Assembly (NCBI GenBank): GCA_951406725.2
Contig: OX597817.1
Coordinates: 31,310,001-31,374,000 of the forward strand
Direction of reading: 5' to 3'
Source of the DNA: Octopus vulgaris
Taxonomy: Eukaryota
Length of the DNA: 64,000 nucleotides
The position numbers were made by a program, and so were the translations under genes. Shown here piece by piece: positions 53,270 through 64,000 of this stretch. The notes under the pieces were generated by a model, which ran no database searches, was not told the origin of the DNA, and worked only from the letters and a program-made list of their open reading frames with translations. Every line of letters begins with the position of its first letter. Positions within the stretch are counted from its first letter, which is position 1.

Positions 53270-53631
53270 ATACCTCGACAACATTTCAGATGTTGCCACA
53301 TCAATGCCAATACACTCGACTGAAACGCCAAAACGCTGACAGAACGAGAACAGTGAAGAAGTTTCAATAAAAATAGTAATGCAATAGGAGAGTATTGCTT
53401 TCCAGTAAAGAATAGCCCGTGAGGGAAAATTATACATAGAAGTAAATATATGGCACAAAGAAGTACCGATATTTACTGGAAAATAGCGAACGTAATAATA
53501 CGACGCTAATGTATAGCTTCACCGCGTATGTACTAGCAAAAATGCGTGTGTTCTCGTTCTGTCAGCGTTTTGGCGTTTCAGTCGAGTGTATTGGCATTGA
53601 TGTGGCAACATCTGAAATGTTGTCGAGGTAT

Positions 53632-53704
53632 ATGTTGGCTGATGAAGATAAATCAAGTATATGTGTGCAGACATATCTTGAAAAATCTGAAACCGGTCCC
53701 ACAT
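53632..53704 (+). ncRNA. Type I hammerhead ribozyme motif
   Basis: ATGtTGG-CTGATGA-AGAT-aaa-TCAAG-tATATGT-gtgcag-ACATAT-CTTGA-aaa-ATCT-GAAAC-cg-GTC-CCACAT; palindromic stem III ACCGGT. Confidence 0.85.
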
Positions 53705-53951
53705 TACCCCTTTCTAGGTATTTCATCTTTCAGATGTTCTCCCTGGAGGTAAGACAATTTTTTTCAAGTTTGTTGCACACACGCATTTTTGCTAGGACAT
53801 ACGCGGTGAAGCTATACATTAGCGTCGTATTATTACGTTCGCTATTTTCCAGTAAATATCGGTACTTCGTTGAGCCATATATTTACCTCTATGTATAATT
53901 TTCCCTCACGGGCTATTCTTTACTGGAAAGCAATACTCTCGTATTGCATTA

Positions 53952-54006
<55 letters not shown>

Positions 54007-54015
<9 letters not shown>

Positions 54016-54576
54016 TTAACAATTAAGGAATGGCCTTAATAGGCCATTCGTCCACTAGAAAGAGCAGCCAGGACTCAAACCGCTAAGTAGTAGTAATTCA
54101 GAAAATTGGGTGAAAATTTAAAAACGTTTACCCTAATTCATCTTTAGACGATGCATCGTTTCAGTGTTTTTAATGGTAAACCAGCTTAATTAAATTAAAT
54201 TAAGTCAATCTACCATAGGTTACACTTCATCAGTAAAGAAACCAGGAGAGACGGATATACACGAGGCGTCTGTATCAATGCCCTCGGAATATCTGCCTTA
54301 AAATTTTCAAGACCATCGTATTCGCGCCAACTTATCAGCAGTAAATATAAACTGCCGATTCAATCTCAGAATTAGTCAGAAAATCATCAATTAATCAATT
54401 TAGGGTAGCAAAAATTCAATAGAAATTTATCGCTACCAGCGGTCTAGTGGGAAAGAGAAAATAGTCAAAGACTAAATATATAAATTTAACAATTAAGGAA
54501 TGGCCTTAATAGGCCATTCGTCCACTAGAAAGAGCAGCCAGGACTCAAACCGCTAAGTAGTGGTAATTCAGAAAAT
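54007..54576 (-). mobile_element. 470-nt hammerhead element (family G), 1.2-mer in (TA)n
   Basis: 54007-54106 repeated at 54477-54576 with one mismatch; (TA)n on both sides. Confidence 0.88.
54141..54239 (-). ncRNA. Type I hammerhead ribozyme motif, fully paired
   Basis: Minus strand TCTTTA-CTGATGA-AGTGT..ATGGTA..CTTAATT/AATTAAG..TACCAT..ACACT-GAAAC-gatgcatc-GTC-TAAAGA; all stems Watson-Crick; stem III palindrome ACGATGCATCGT. Confidence 0.9.
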
Positions 54577-54604
54577 ATATATATATGCATATAGATGGAT
54601 AGAC

Positions 54605-54681
<77 letters not shown>

Positions 54682-55024
54682 TTCCGAATTTGTGTAAATG
54701 TGTATGGAATATATATATATATAGTTGAGGTGTGTTCTGTTAAGAACGTATAAGAGTACAAATAGAGCTTTAGAATTCCCAAATAGCCGGTAGTATTCTT
54801 ATGGGGTGCTACCAATTCTACATTTGTAGCGATTATAAAACTGCCTAACCGTACTTACTCTTCCTTTTGACTCTTATGCTTTTTACTTTATATACATATA
54901 TATACACACTTAAAATATATATACTTTCAAAAGTATATATAAGAATTATTAATGCAGCTAACTAATATGGATAAACATTTAAAAAGAAAATAAAGCCTCA
55001 GTTTAAGTATATATTTATATCCAA

Positions 55025-55420
55025 CTAGCAGTATCGCCCGGCGTTGCTCGGATTTGTAAGGGAAATAACTATATAAGCATTTTTAGAGAGTTATAGCCAA
55101 AAAATAGCAAAAAATGCATTAAAAATGGGAAAAAAATGATGGTAAATTTTTTTTTAAATCGTTGACTCATCGTAGACATTTTTAGAGAGTTACTTCCCTT
55201 ATATAATAGCGAAAAAAATGCATTAAAATGGAAAAAAATTATGGTAAATTTTTTTAAATCGTAGACTCATCGTAGACGCGCGGTAATACCCAGAAGGGCT
55301 CGATATGAATCACGACTATAAGATACCCGCTTTTGGTTAAACTGCACCGCAAAATGTGAGAGTAGTAAGGAATCTAAATCGGAGGAGACAGATACACAAC
55401 CTCTCTTTTATATATAAAGA
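55025..55420 (-). mobile_element. Non-autonomous Helitron-like element
   Basis: Close copy of 51086-51477. Confidence 0.82.
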
Positions 55421-55914
55421 TGAACTCCAGTGTGTTTCTGGTAGTGACGTAGGCATAAATGCTTTGGTCAGCAGTGAAACAAATAGAATGGTATATTTAT
55501 GTTGATTCCTATTTACAATGTAGTACATAAATTAGTGAATTATGGAAACAGCCGAAATATTACGTGGACAAATATTTACTGTTTGCTTTGCAAATAACTT
55601 CAAGAAAGGACGCAAAACACCGAAATCACCATTACAACTATCATTTTAAATCAGCTTACGATACTGAAGTGTAATAATAAATATATGGATAAATATTTTC
55701 TATCTAAAGCAAAACTAATTTGCGAGATGTCTCTAAAAAGGGAAAAGAATTTATAGAAAGATACATTACTGTGGTCAACTAAATTACATGTACTATACTC
55801 ATTATGAATGCAAACCAACTTTTATAGAATGATTTTTCATGCTGATTTCAAAATTTCACTCCATTTGTATGCAGCATGTATCAGGTTGTCAGTTGATACT
55901 TACAAATATTTATA

Positions 55915-56314
55915 TTTTCATATATAAAAGTGAAGTTGTGTGTCTGTCTCCTACGATTTAGATTCCTAACTACTCCCACATTTTGCGGTGCAGTTTAACC
56001 AAAACCCGGGTATCTTATAGTCGTGATTCATATCGAGCCCTTCTGCGTATTAGCGCGCGTCTACGATGAGTCTACGATTTTAAAAATAATTTACCATCAT
56101 TTTTTTCCATTTTAATGCATTTTTTCGCTATTATATAAGGGAAGTAACTCTTTAAAAATGTCTACGATGAGTCAACGATTTTAAAAAAAATTTACCATCA
56201 TTTTTTTTCCATTTTTAATGCATTTTTTTGCTATTTTTTTGGCTATAACTCTCTAAAAATGCTTATATAGTTATTTCCCTTACAAACCCGAGCAACGCCG
56301 GGCGATACTGCTAG
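55915..56314 (+). mobile_element. Non-autonomous Helitron-like element
   Basis: Inverted copy of 55025-55420, ending cccgagcaacgccgggcgatactgCTAG followed by T. Confidence 0.82.
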
Positions 56315-56389
56315 TATTTGTATATATGAAATCATTAACGTAATAAATAAGGACATATTATTTTTGGAAAGTAAATGAGCTTAAAACAA

Positions 56390-56735
56390 TAACAAGACCG
56401 AACTTAATCCAATGGAACACAGAATGAAAAACTGGAATATTCATAGAGCTGACAGTGCCATGGGAAGAGAACATCACTAATGCAGAGCAACAGAAGGAGA
56501 GGAGGTATGAGAAATTAATTAAAGAGTGTGGTAAACAGGGGTGGACTGTCGAGTATTATCACCTAGTAGTGGGGGCTAGAGGCCTCATTGAAAGGGAAAT
56601 AGTGACGTTATTTTTTTTTAATGTTTGCATATTCGAGCTCAGAACTGAGAAAAATAATAAGGAGGATACAGGAGGCAGTCGACAAAGCCAGTTTCTATAT
56701 ATGGCTGAAATGAGAAGACCTGAACTGGCTTGAAA
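56390..56735 (+). mobile_element. HERO/R2-group RLE non-LTR fragment
   Basis: RPNLIQW...IFIELTVPWEENI...K.RRY..L..EC..QGW....VVGARG matches the PD..IELTVPWE..K..KY..GW..EVG.RG pattern. Confidence 0.75.
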
Positions 56736-56749
56736 ACCATAACATACCC

Positions 56750-56975
56750 ATTTCTTTATTACCCACAAGTGGCTAAACATAGAGGGGACAAACAAGGACA
56801 GACATAGGTATTATGTCGATTACATCGACCCCAGTGCGTAACTGGTACTTAATTTATCGACCCCGAAAGGATGAAAGGCAAAGTCGACCTCGGCGGAATT
56901 TGAACTCACAACGTAACGCAGACGAAATACCGCTAAGCATTTCGCCCGGCGTGCTAACGCTTCTGCTAGCTCGCC
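56750..56975 (-). mobile_element. SINE family A
   Basis: Reverse complement of the 12666 copy. Confidence 0.9.
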
Positions 56976-57287
56976 ATAACAGACCGACTGGGAAATAGCG
57001 TCGCTAGATGAGGCTGGCTGGCATTTAAACAGCATTGCTACTTGACAGTTGGGCCAAGGGAACCAACTCGTTCATCGCGCGCCCTCCTTTCTGATAGTTC
57101 GAAAGCTTGTACCACCAGACAGCTCTGGCTGTTGGAACTGAAACTAACACGACTCTATTGGAATGTAGGTCTAGAGAGGGCGCGGGCCAAAACTACGCGT
57201 CCTTTTACTTCCATTGGTCAGTTGAAGCTTAGACTGTGTCGCGTGATTGTTAGCTGGTGCTGGCTGCTCGAGCCTACCGGCGAGTAT

Positions 57288-57534
57288 TTGAAGAGGAATT
57301 TGGCATGGTGGACATTCGCCCGCCGATATTCGTTGATGCTGCATCGTAGACACCCAACAAAAGGCCAAAGAAAAAAGAAAAAGGAGGCCACCACGTCGAA
57401 AACGGTAGAGGAGCATGGCCGTAAACCGGACGTGGTTCCTCTTGATTATGTTCTTGACTACTGGATCCTATAAAGGAGCTGTGGTTGAAATTCCTCCATC
57501 ATTTCGTACAGAAAAGTATTTTCGCTTTAATGCA
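57288..57534 (+). repeat. ~245-bp dispersed repeat, second copy at 60402-60648
   Basis: ttgaag.g.aatttggca.ggtggacattcgcccgccg...tacagaaaagtattttc.ctttaatgca in both places. Confidence 0.9.
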
Positions 57535-58260
57535 AAATATTCATCCGTATAATTACAGCACACGCATGCACGTACATACACATTCAAAGACATATAAGGG
57601 ATTAATTAGTTAATTGTAATTAAAATGGTTCTGGCTTAGTTATTAATTAGATACACGTGCAGTGTAATTACACATAACATTTCATGTGTATCTAATGAAT
57701 GCATAAGTATTACTTTGTTAACGTAGGCGTAATTACATAATGTATATGTATGTATACATATGCATATATATATATATGCATGTTTATATAGTTATGTATA
57801 TATATGCGTATATATATATCTAATGTAGGATAAAATTTTTTTCGAAAAAAATATTCTTTTCCAAAAAAAAAAATTTTATCAATGGCCAGCATATCAAAAA
57901 ATACCTTTGAAAGGTTAAATCTATAAACAATTCATAATTAAGGGCAAACGAAAAAATTTCTAATGCTCTCTGTGAGAGCATTAGTTCAAATCGCACGTGC
58001 CTCGAATGGGCTGGAGTATTCCTATTTTGAATGTATTTGGGGTACTTAATTGTGCTCATGACTTAGTGTTCGCTTCTTCATACTTACTTATGAGTAAGTA
58101 TCTCATTTATTTCTTTTTGCCACAAGTATCACTAACCCTGAAATCGGTCCGATATGGTACTAATGGAATGTTTTAGAAATTTCTGTCGACCTTTTTTCGA
58201 GTAACGTGCATATTGTGAAAAATTATATGGTTAATGGACAATATGTCTAATTTTTCGTAT

Positions 58261-58359
<99 letters not shown>

Positions 58360-58397
58360 TGTGTGTGTATGTACGTATGCATGCATAAATGTATAGT

Positions 58398-58719
58398 GAG
58401 GGCGCGTGGCTTAGTGGTTAGGGCATTCGGCTCATGATCGTAAGGTTGTGAGTTCGATTCCCGGCGACGCGTTGTGTCCTTGAGCAAGACACTTTATTTC
58501 ACGTTGCTCCAGTCCACTCAGCTGGCAAAAATGAGTTGTACTTGTATTTCAAAGGGTCAGCCTTGTCACTCTCTGTGTCACGCTGATTATCCCCGAGAAC
58601 TACGTTAAGGGTACACGTGTCTGTGGAATGCTCAGCCATTTGCACGTTAATTTCACGAGCAAGCTGTTCCGTTGATCGTATCAGCTGGGACCCTCGTCGT
58701 CGTAACCGGCGGAGTCTTT
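58398..58719 (+). mobile_element. SINE family B2 with 10-bp TSD
   Basis: gagggcgcgtggcttagtggttaggg...gagttcgattccc head; ataaatgtat at 58385-58394 and 58720-58729. Confidence 0.9.
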
Positions 58720-60403
58720 ATAAATGTATGTCTGTACTTTGATATACACTGAGATACTGTGCACCATACCAATGGTGTTGAAAGAGTAATTGACAGAAGG
58801 TCCTCTTCACAATCAAACAAAAACAGAAAATGAAATGTATTACTGTTGAAAACTACATATAAAACGAACGTGAAAAATCAACATAGCCAAAACTCCAGTG
58901 TCAGAAGTAATTAAACACCTTCCAGTGATAAAATTTCACGCACTTTTCTACCAAAACAATGCCAAAGCCAGCTGTTACTGCCTGAGCAACATTACCTCAC
59001 AGATTTCGCAACATAACCGAGAGCCCATACTCAGTCAACAGACAGCATGTTAGATTCAGATCTAACTATAACTAACCACTCAATCGATCATGCCTTCTTA
59101 ATACAGTGATATAGTAGAACACCAAACGACGTTTCTCAAAGCAACTATAACAGACTCGCAGAGCTCACATTTTTTTTGAACAAATTCAACAGGAACGCAT
59201 TTTTCTTTTGGCCTGAAGATATAATTAACTCTACCCCTTTATCACAGTAAATCTCGCAATTAAACATTAGTGGGGTTTATAGCTAACAACATATTAAACA
59301 CTGCATCCCTGCATTACTGTGGAGTATAAATGCATATTGACGAAGTTCTTCATTCAATACCAAAAATTTAAATCAGTGACAAGAAGATCGATTCCAATCA
59401 GAGAGCAATATATTTGGAAGAAATACTAAATTCAAATGGTCTTCCGCCAGACACCAGAGTTGCCTAGGTTTTTTTTCGTCAGTATACTGGCCACCAACAA
59501 AAGGCACTGGCGCTCACCACCTGACGTCTATCTACAAACCAGAAACATGAACCTGTATTAACTGTATCCACCATATTCATTCTTCTGTCACTCGTGTAGA
59601 ACATAGTGCTGCCAGTTAGAATTGTATAGAAGTTCGTGTGGCACACAGGTCATATTCAAGCCACAATATGCGCATATGTTTGTGTGCACGAGTGTGTTTA
59701 TATACGTGTGCGCGTGCATGTATGTGTGTGTGTTTATGCCTATGTCTTGCTAGTCAGTTAAAAGTTCCATTTAAATATTAAACAGTAGTACAGAATTTAT
59801 TGAATTTATCTTTGTTCAGTAGAGACTCAACTATATAATCTAGATGGAAGATATTACTGGGAATGCAAAAACATTTTCTTGGATATTTTCGATCTGTTGA
59901 AATTTTGATGCGATGAATATAGAAACATGTTTATCTGACCTTCTGAAACATATTGATTTTGTTAGAAATTCAGCGTTAATTCGGCAGATAAATTGTTTTC
60001 TTTAGAGATAGCACGATGCGCACAAAAACCTTGTATAATCTTCATTTTTCGTCACATTCATGTGGGATGCATATGTGTACAGGATCCCCAACGTTTCAAA
60101 AAGAAATATGTAAAACAAAATATGGATGACTACCTTGTATAAACCATGTTGATATTTTAAAAATTAGTGCACCGCATGAATCATGCAACTGTTTAGAACA
60201 TATATATTTAGCATTTGTGTGTATTTAATTTTATTTTCGTCTAGTTCCTGCGCATCTTTTCAGATACATATATATGTGAAAGTAAAATGAGGGCTGCACA
60301 AAAGTACGTGTGTGCTTGCGTGCATAGTTCAGCAGAAAAGATGTTTCACGGAGAGCTATAATTGGCTGAAACATACATTCGAAAGCTAGGCAAAATATGT
60401 TTT

Positions 60404-60800
60404 GAAGGGAAATTTGGCAAGGTGGACATTCGCCCGCCGATATTCGTTGATGCTGCATCGTAGACACCCAACAAAAGGCCAAAGAAAAAAGAAAAAGGAG
60501 GCCACCACGTCGAAAACGGTAGAGGAACAGGGCCGTAAACCGGACGTAGTTCCCCTTGATGATGTTCTTGGCTACTGGATCCTATAAAGGAGCTGTGGTT
60601 GAAATTCCTCCATCATTTCGTACAGAAAAGTATTTTCACTTTAATGCACTCATACCTCCTCTCCTTCTGTTGCTCTGCATTAGTGATGTTCTCTTCCCAT
60701 GGCACTGTCAGCTCTATGAATATTCCAGTTTTTCGTTCTGTGTTCCATTGGATTAAGTTCGGTCTTTTTATTGTTTTAAGCTCATTTACTTTCCAAAAAT
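60404..60800 (+). mobile_element. Insertion flanked by a 27-bp direct repeat
   Basis: attcgaaagctag(g/t)caaaatatgtttt at 60377-60403 and 60801-60827; first ~245 bp match 57288-57534. Confidence 0.65.
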
Positions 60801-61859
60801 ATTCGAAAGCTAGTCAAAATATGTTTTACAATGATCAACTTAAAACTACACGTAAAATTGAGAAGTTGGTATAGTGATTCGGAAGAAAGAGCTTTCCTTG
60901 CGTAAATATATAAGTTAAAATAGCAACAACGGGGTCTTGAGATCGGTTCATCAATTGCTGAGATTAAAACTGAACGTTGGCATGGAACTCAAAAACGAAC
61001 CAGAAGCTTCTAAGTTGTCATTCAACCTGCTTAAAATAGCAACTAAATCGCTATCAAATCGTGTTCCACCGCCTTAAGAAGTCGTACACAAGGAATTATC
61101 TATTCCTATGTACTCTTAAAAAAAACAGTATGGTCTTGGTTGTAATACTTTAAGATCATCAGTCTGTTCTGTTAGGGTTGATCAAGACAAAACAACAATG
61201 ACAATAACAACGAAAACGGTCCCGTTTTATACATATTCTACTATAAAATTGGAAGAAATAATTGGACCTGGCATCAACTAAACTAAATGAATGGAGCCAA
61301 AACTAAATTATGTTTTTCTCAAAACCTTTTCTTCTTTAACTGGATTCAGTTATTGAACTCTGGCTATGCTGGGGTATTACCTTCAAAAGCATATGTTACA
61401 GCGACCTTAGTATCTATTTTATCGACTTAGAGAGGAAGAGAAGCAAAACTTAGGAGCTGGAAACATGAACGAACGTAACCAAATACCGATGACTATTTTG
61501 TGTGACATTTCACCTACTCAGCCACACAACAATCCAACCGTCATATGGTATTTTGCTCTGTTAACTATTATGGCCACTGTAAGTTGTAGTTGTTGATGTA
61601 AAATATGCTCAATGTAACTTCTGCGCGTCCATTTATATTGCTTTTCGTTTTTCGTGTAACTGATATCTGTTTTCCGTATAATCTGAATTTTATTTTGCAT
61701 TTTGTATTCCCTAGAATTTGTAGCTCGCTCAACATTATGCTCTAATATCTTCCTAAAAAACACGAAATTTCGAGACAGAAAAGTAATATAAAACGGAACA
61801 TTGGTAGCTGAAGATGTAGGCTACATGGAATGATGATATTGGTAAGCAAAATAAATAGA

Positions 61860-61890
<31 letters not shown>

Positions 61891-63524
61891 ACATGGATAT
61901 GAGTATGACTATTAGAATTTGAGAAGACTAGTTGTTGTTGTTGCTTGCACTAGCAAGAATAAATTAAACCAAAACCCCAGAATGAGGTGTGTTAACGTGA
62001 CATTTCGAGAAAAACAACTTCCTCCGAGAATTCTCAAATGAAGAGTTCAGTACGAAAGAGATATTGGTGTCTTCTCGAAATACAAACATTTTCCAGCTTT
62101 AAATTCTTAAATGCGTAAAAGTAAAAAGGCAACAGTAAAAGAATATGGATACAGTATCTATGAAAAATATTATTGCATTGTTCCCAGTCGACAACAACTT
62201 TCAGCTGAAGACGTCTTCGGAAACGAGAGAGGGGAGAATGAGGAATGGAATAAATAAATAAAAGATATGCCTCAATATATTGTCGTTGCCGTCATGTCTT
62301 CTTTTCTTCTTTATTTGTTCTTTTATAGAGAAGGCTTTTTTGGATTTTGCTTTTTTTTTTTTGTTCTTAAATTTGAACGTGCTTTAGGCAAGGACTGGTA
62401 GAACAGGAAAAATACATAAATAAAACAAATATATCTAAAATTATTTTTTTTAAATATATACCAAACTATGACCCACGACAAGTACAAGTTATAAATAAGG
62501 GAAGCAACAATCACCAATATCAACAAAGCAAACTTATTCTTCAACTTCATTTTGTCAGACCAGAAAATATCAAATCATTAAAAAACCTTCACAAGTCATC
62601 ACCATCGCCACCACCACCACCACCACCATCATCATCGACATCATCATCATCATCATCATTACAAATAAGAAGAAACGAAAAACACAAGTGAGGGAAAAGA
62701 AGAAAAGGAGACAACACCATCCAACGCCATGACAAATGTTACCAGCATCACTAACAAAAACACCAATAAATAAATAAATAAAATTATAATGATTACGATG
62801 ATGACGACAACGGTAAGAACAATGTTGACAACCATTACTATTTCAACAACAAAAAAGGGGTTTCGTTTAGTTTATGTTGAGTTTGAGGGTACGAGAGTCA
62901 ATAGTGAAAATGGCAAGGTGAGAGAGGAATGGTGAAATGAGAGAGAAGGAGGTAAAGAGCGAGAGAGAGAGAGAAGGAGGTAAAGAGCGAGAGAGAGAGA
63001 GAGAGAGAACAATGATATCTTGTAAACTATATATCTGCTTCCCCCATATAAAACCACGATGAAATGTGTCGTGTGAGATCATTCGTGTTGAGATTTAAAA
63101 TGAAGAAGAAAAAAAGGGTATTCCTTCACAACGGTCAGAGGCATCGGTCGTCGATGAAATTAAGATTCAGCGCCTCCGATAGCGTGATGATAACAAAGAG
63201 TAAACGCAAAACTCTCAACACAGAAACATAAATATATAGAAAGGCACACGAACATAGAGACACACGCACATTATTATAAACTCACAAAATCATTCTTACA
63301 TGCAGTCACACGAACAATCAAACATGTAAACACACGAAACACGATTTACAGATTATGTGTTCATCATGTTCAGAAAGATCTATCTGTATATCTGTAAATA
63401 AGGGTAACATGAGTGAAAAAAAAAAGCATGGAAGTAAGATAAAAATAAGATTGACAATAAATTAAAAGCAAGCAAAAATCTACAAAACAGCCTAAATCAA
63501 ATGCTGACATAGACTTAAGTACGT

Positions 63525-63905
63525 CTCTTTTACTCTTTTACTTGTTTCAGGCATTTGACTGCGGCCATGCTGGAGCACCGCCTCTAGTCGAGCAAATCGA
63601 CCCCGGGACTTATTCTTTGTAAGCCCAGTACTTATTCTATCTGTCTCTTTTTTTGCCGAACCGCTAAGTGACGGGAACGTAAACAAATCAGCATCGGTTG
63701 TCAAGCAATGCTAGGGGGACAAACACAGACACACAAACACATACATATATATATATACATATATACGACAGGCTTCTTTCAGTTTCCGTCTACCAGCTCC
63801 ACTCACAAGGCATTAATCGGCCCGGGGCTATAGCAGAAGACACTTGCCCAAGATGCCACGCAGTGGGACTGAACCCGGAACCATGTGGTTGGTTAGCAAG
63901 CTACT
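63525..63905 (-). mobile_element. SINE family C
   Basis: Near-identical to 23080-23480. Confidence 0.9.
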
Positions 63906-63963
63906 ATAGATATTAAAAATATTCTCGGGCCCAAATGTGTTTTAACTCGTGCACACACACATT

Positions 63964-63997
<34 letters not shown>

Positions 63998-64000
63998 AAC

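Noticed and set aside
59150-59460. Possible Helitron helicase remnant (EILNSNGLPP)
   Set aside because: One short motif in broken frames; not enough.
62323-62550. 75-aa hydrophobic ORF resembling a membrane peptide
   Set aside because: Explained by T-rich composition; no homology or splice evidence.

Overview
AT-rich, microsatellite-dense animal DNA with no supportable protein-coding gene; nearly all long ORFs in the track are translations of simple repeats. The SINE families and repeat landscape look like an octopus (coleoid cephalopod) genome (my inference from pattern recognition, not a database result). The window holds three tRNA-derived SINE families (~25 copies), decayed non-LTR retrotransposons (RTE, CR1/L2, an R4/Dong-like RLE element in (TAA)n, a HERO-like RLE fragment), a Neptune-type Penelope-like element (RT C-terminus plus GIY-YIG), three non-autonomous Helitrons and several foldback elements. 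The main result is a dense set of short non-coding elements inside (TA)n tracts that carry type I hammerhead ribozyme motifs: about 8 well-formed motifs plus minimal and decayed ones, in at least 7 unrelated families. Many have palindromic stem III and often long stem II extensions. Several are 1.1-1.3-mer partial tandems, circularly permuted copies or head-to-head inversions. This suggests a retrozyme-like (possibly circular RNA) system mobilised by Penelope-like elements into (TA)n microsatellites. All folds were done by eye and SINE/LINE boundaries are approximate.
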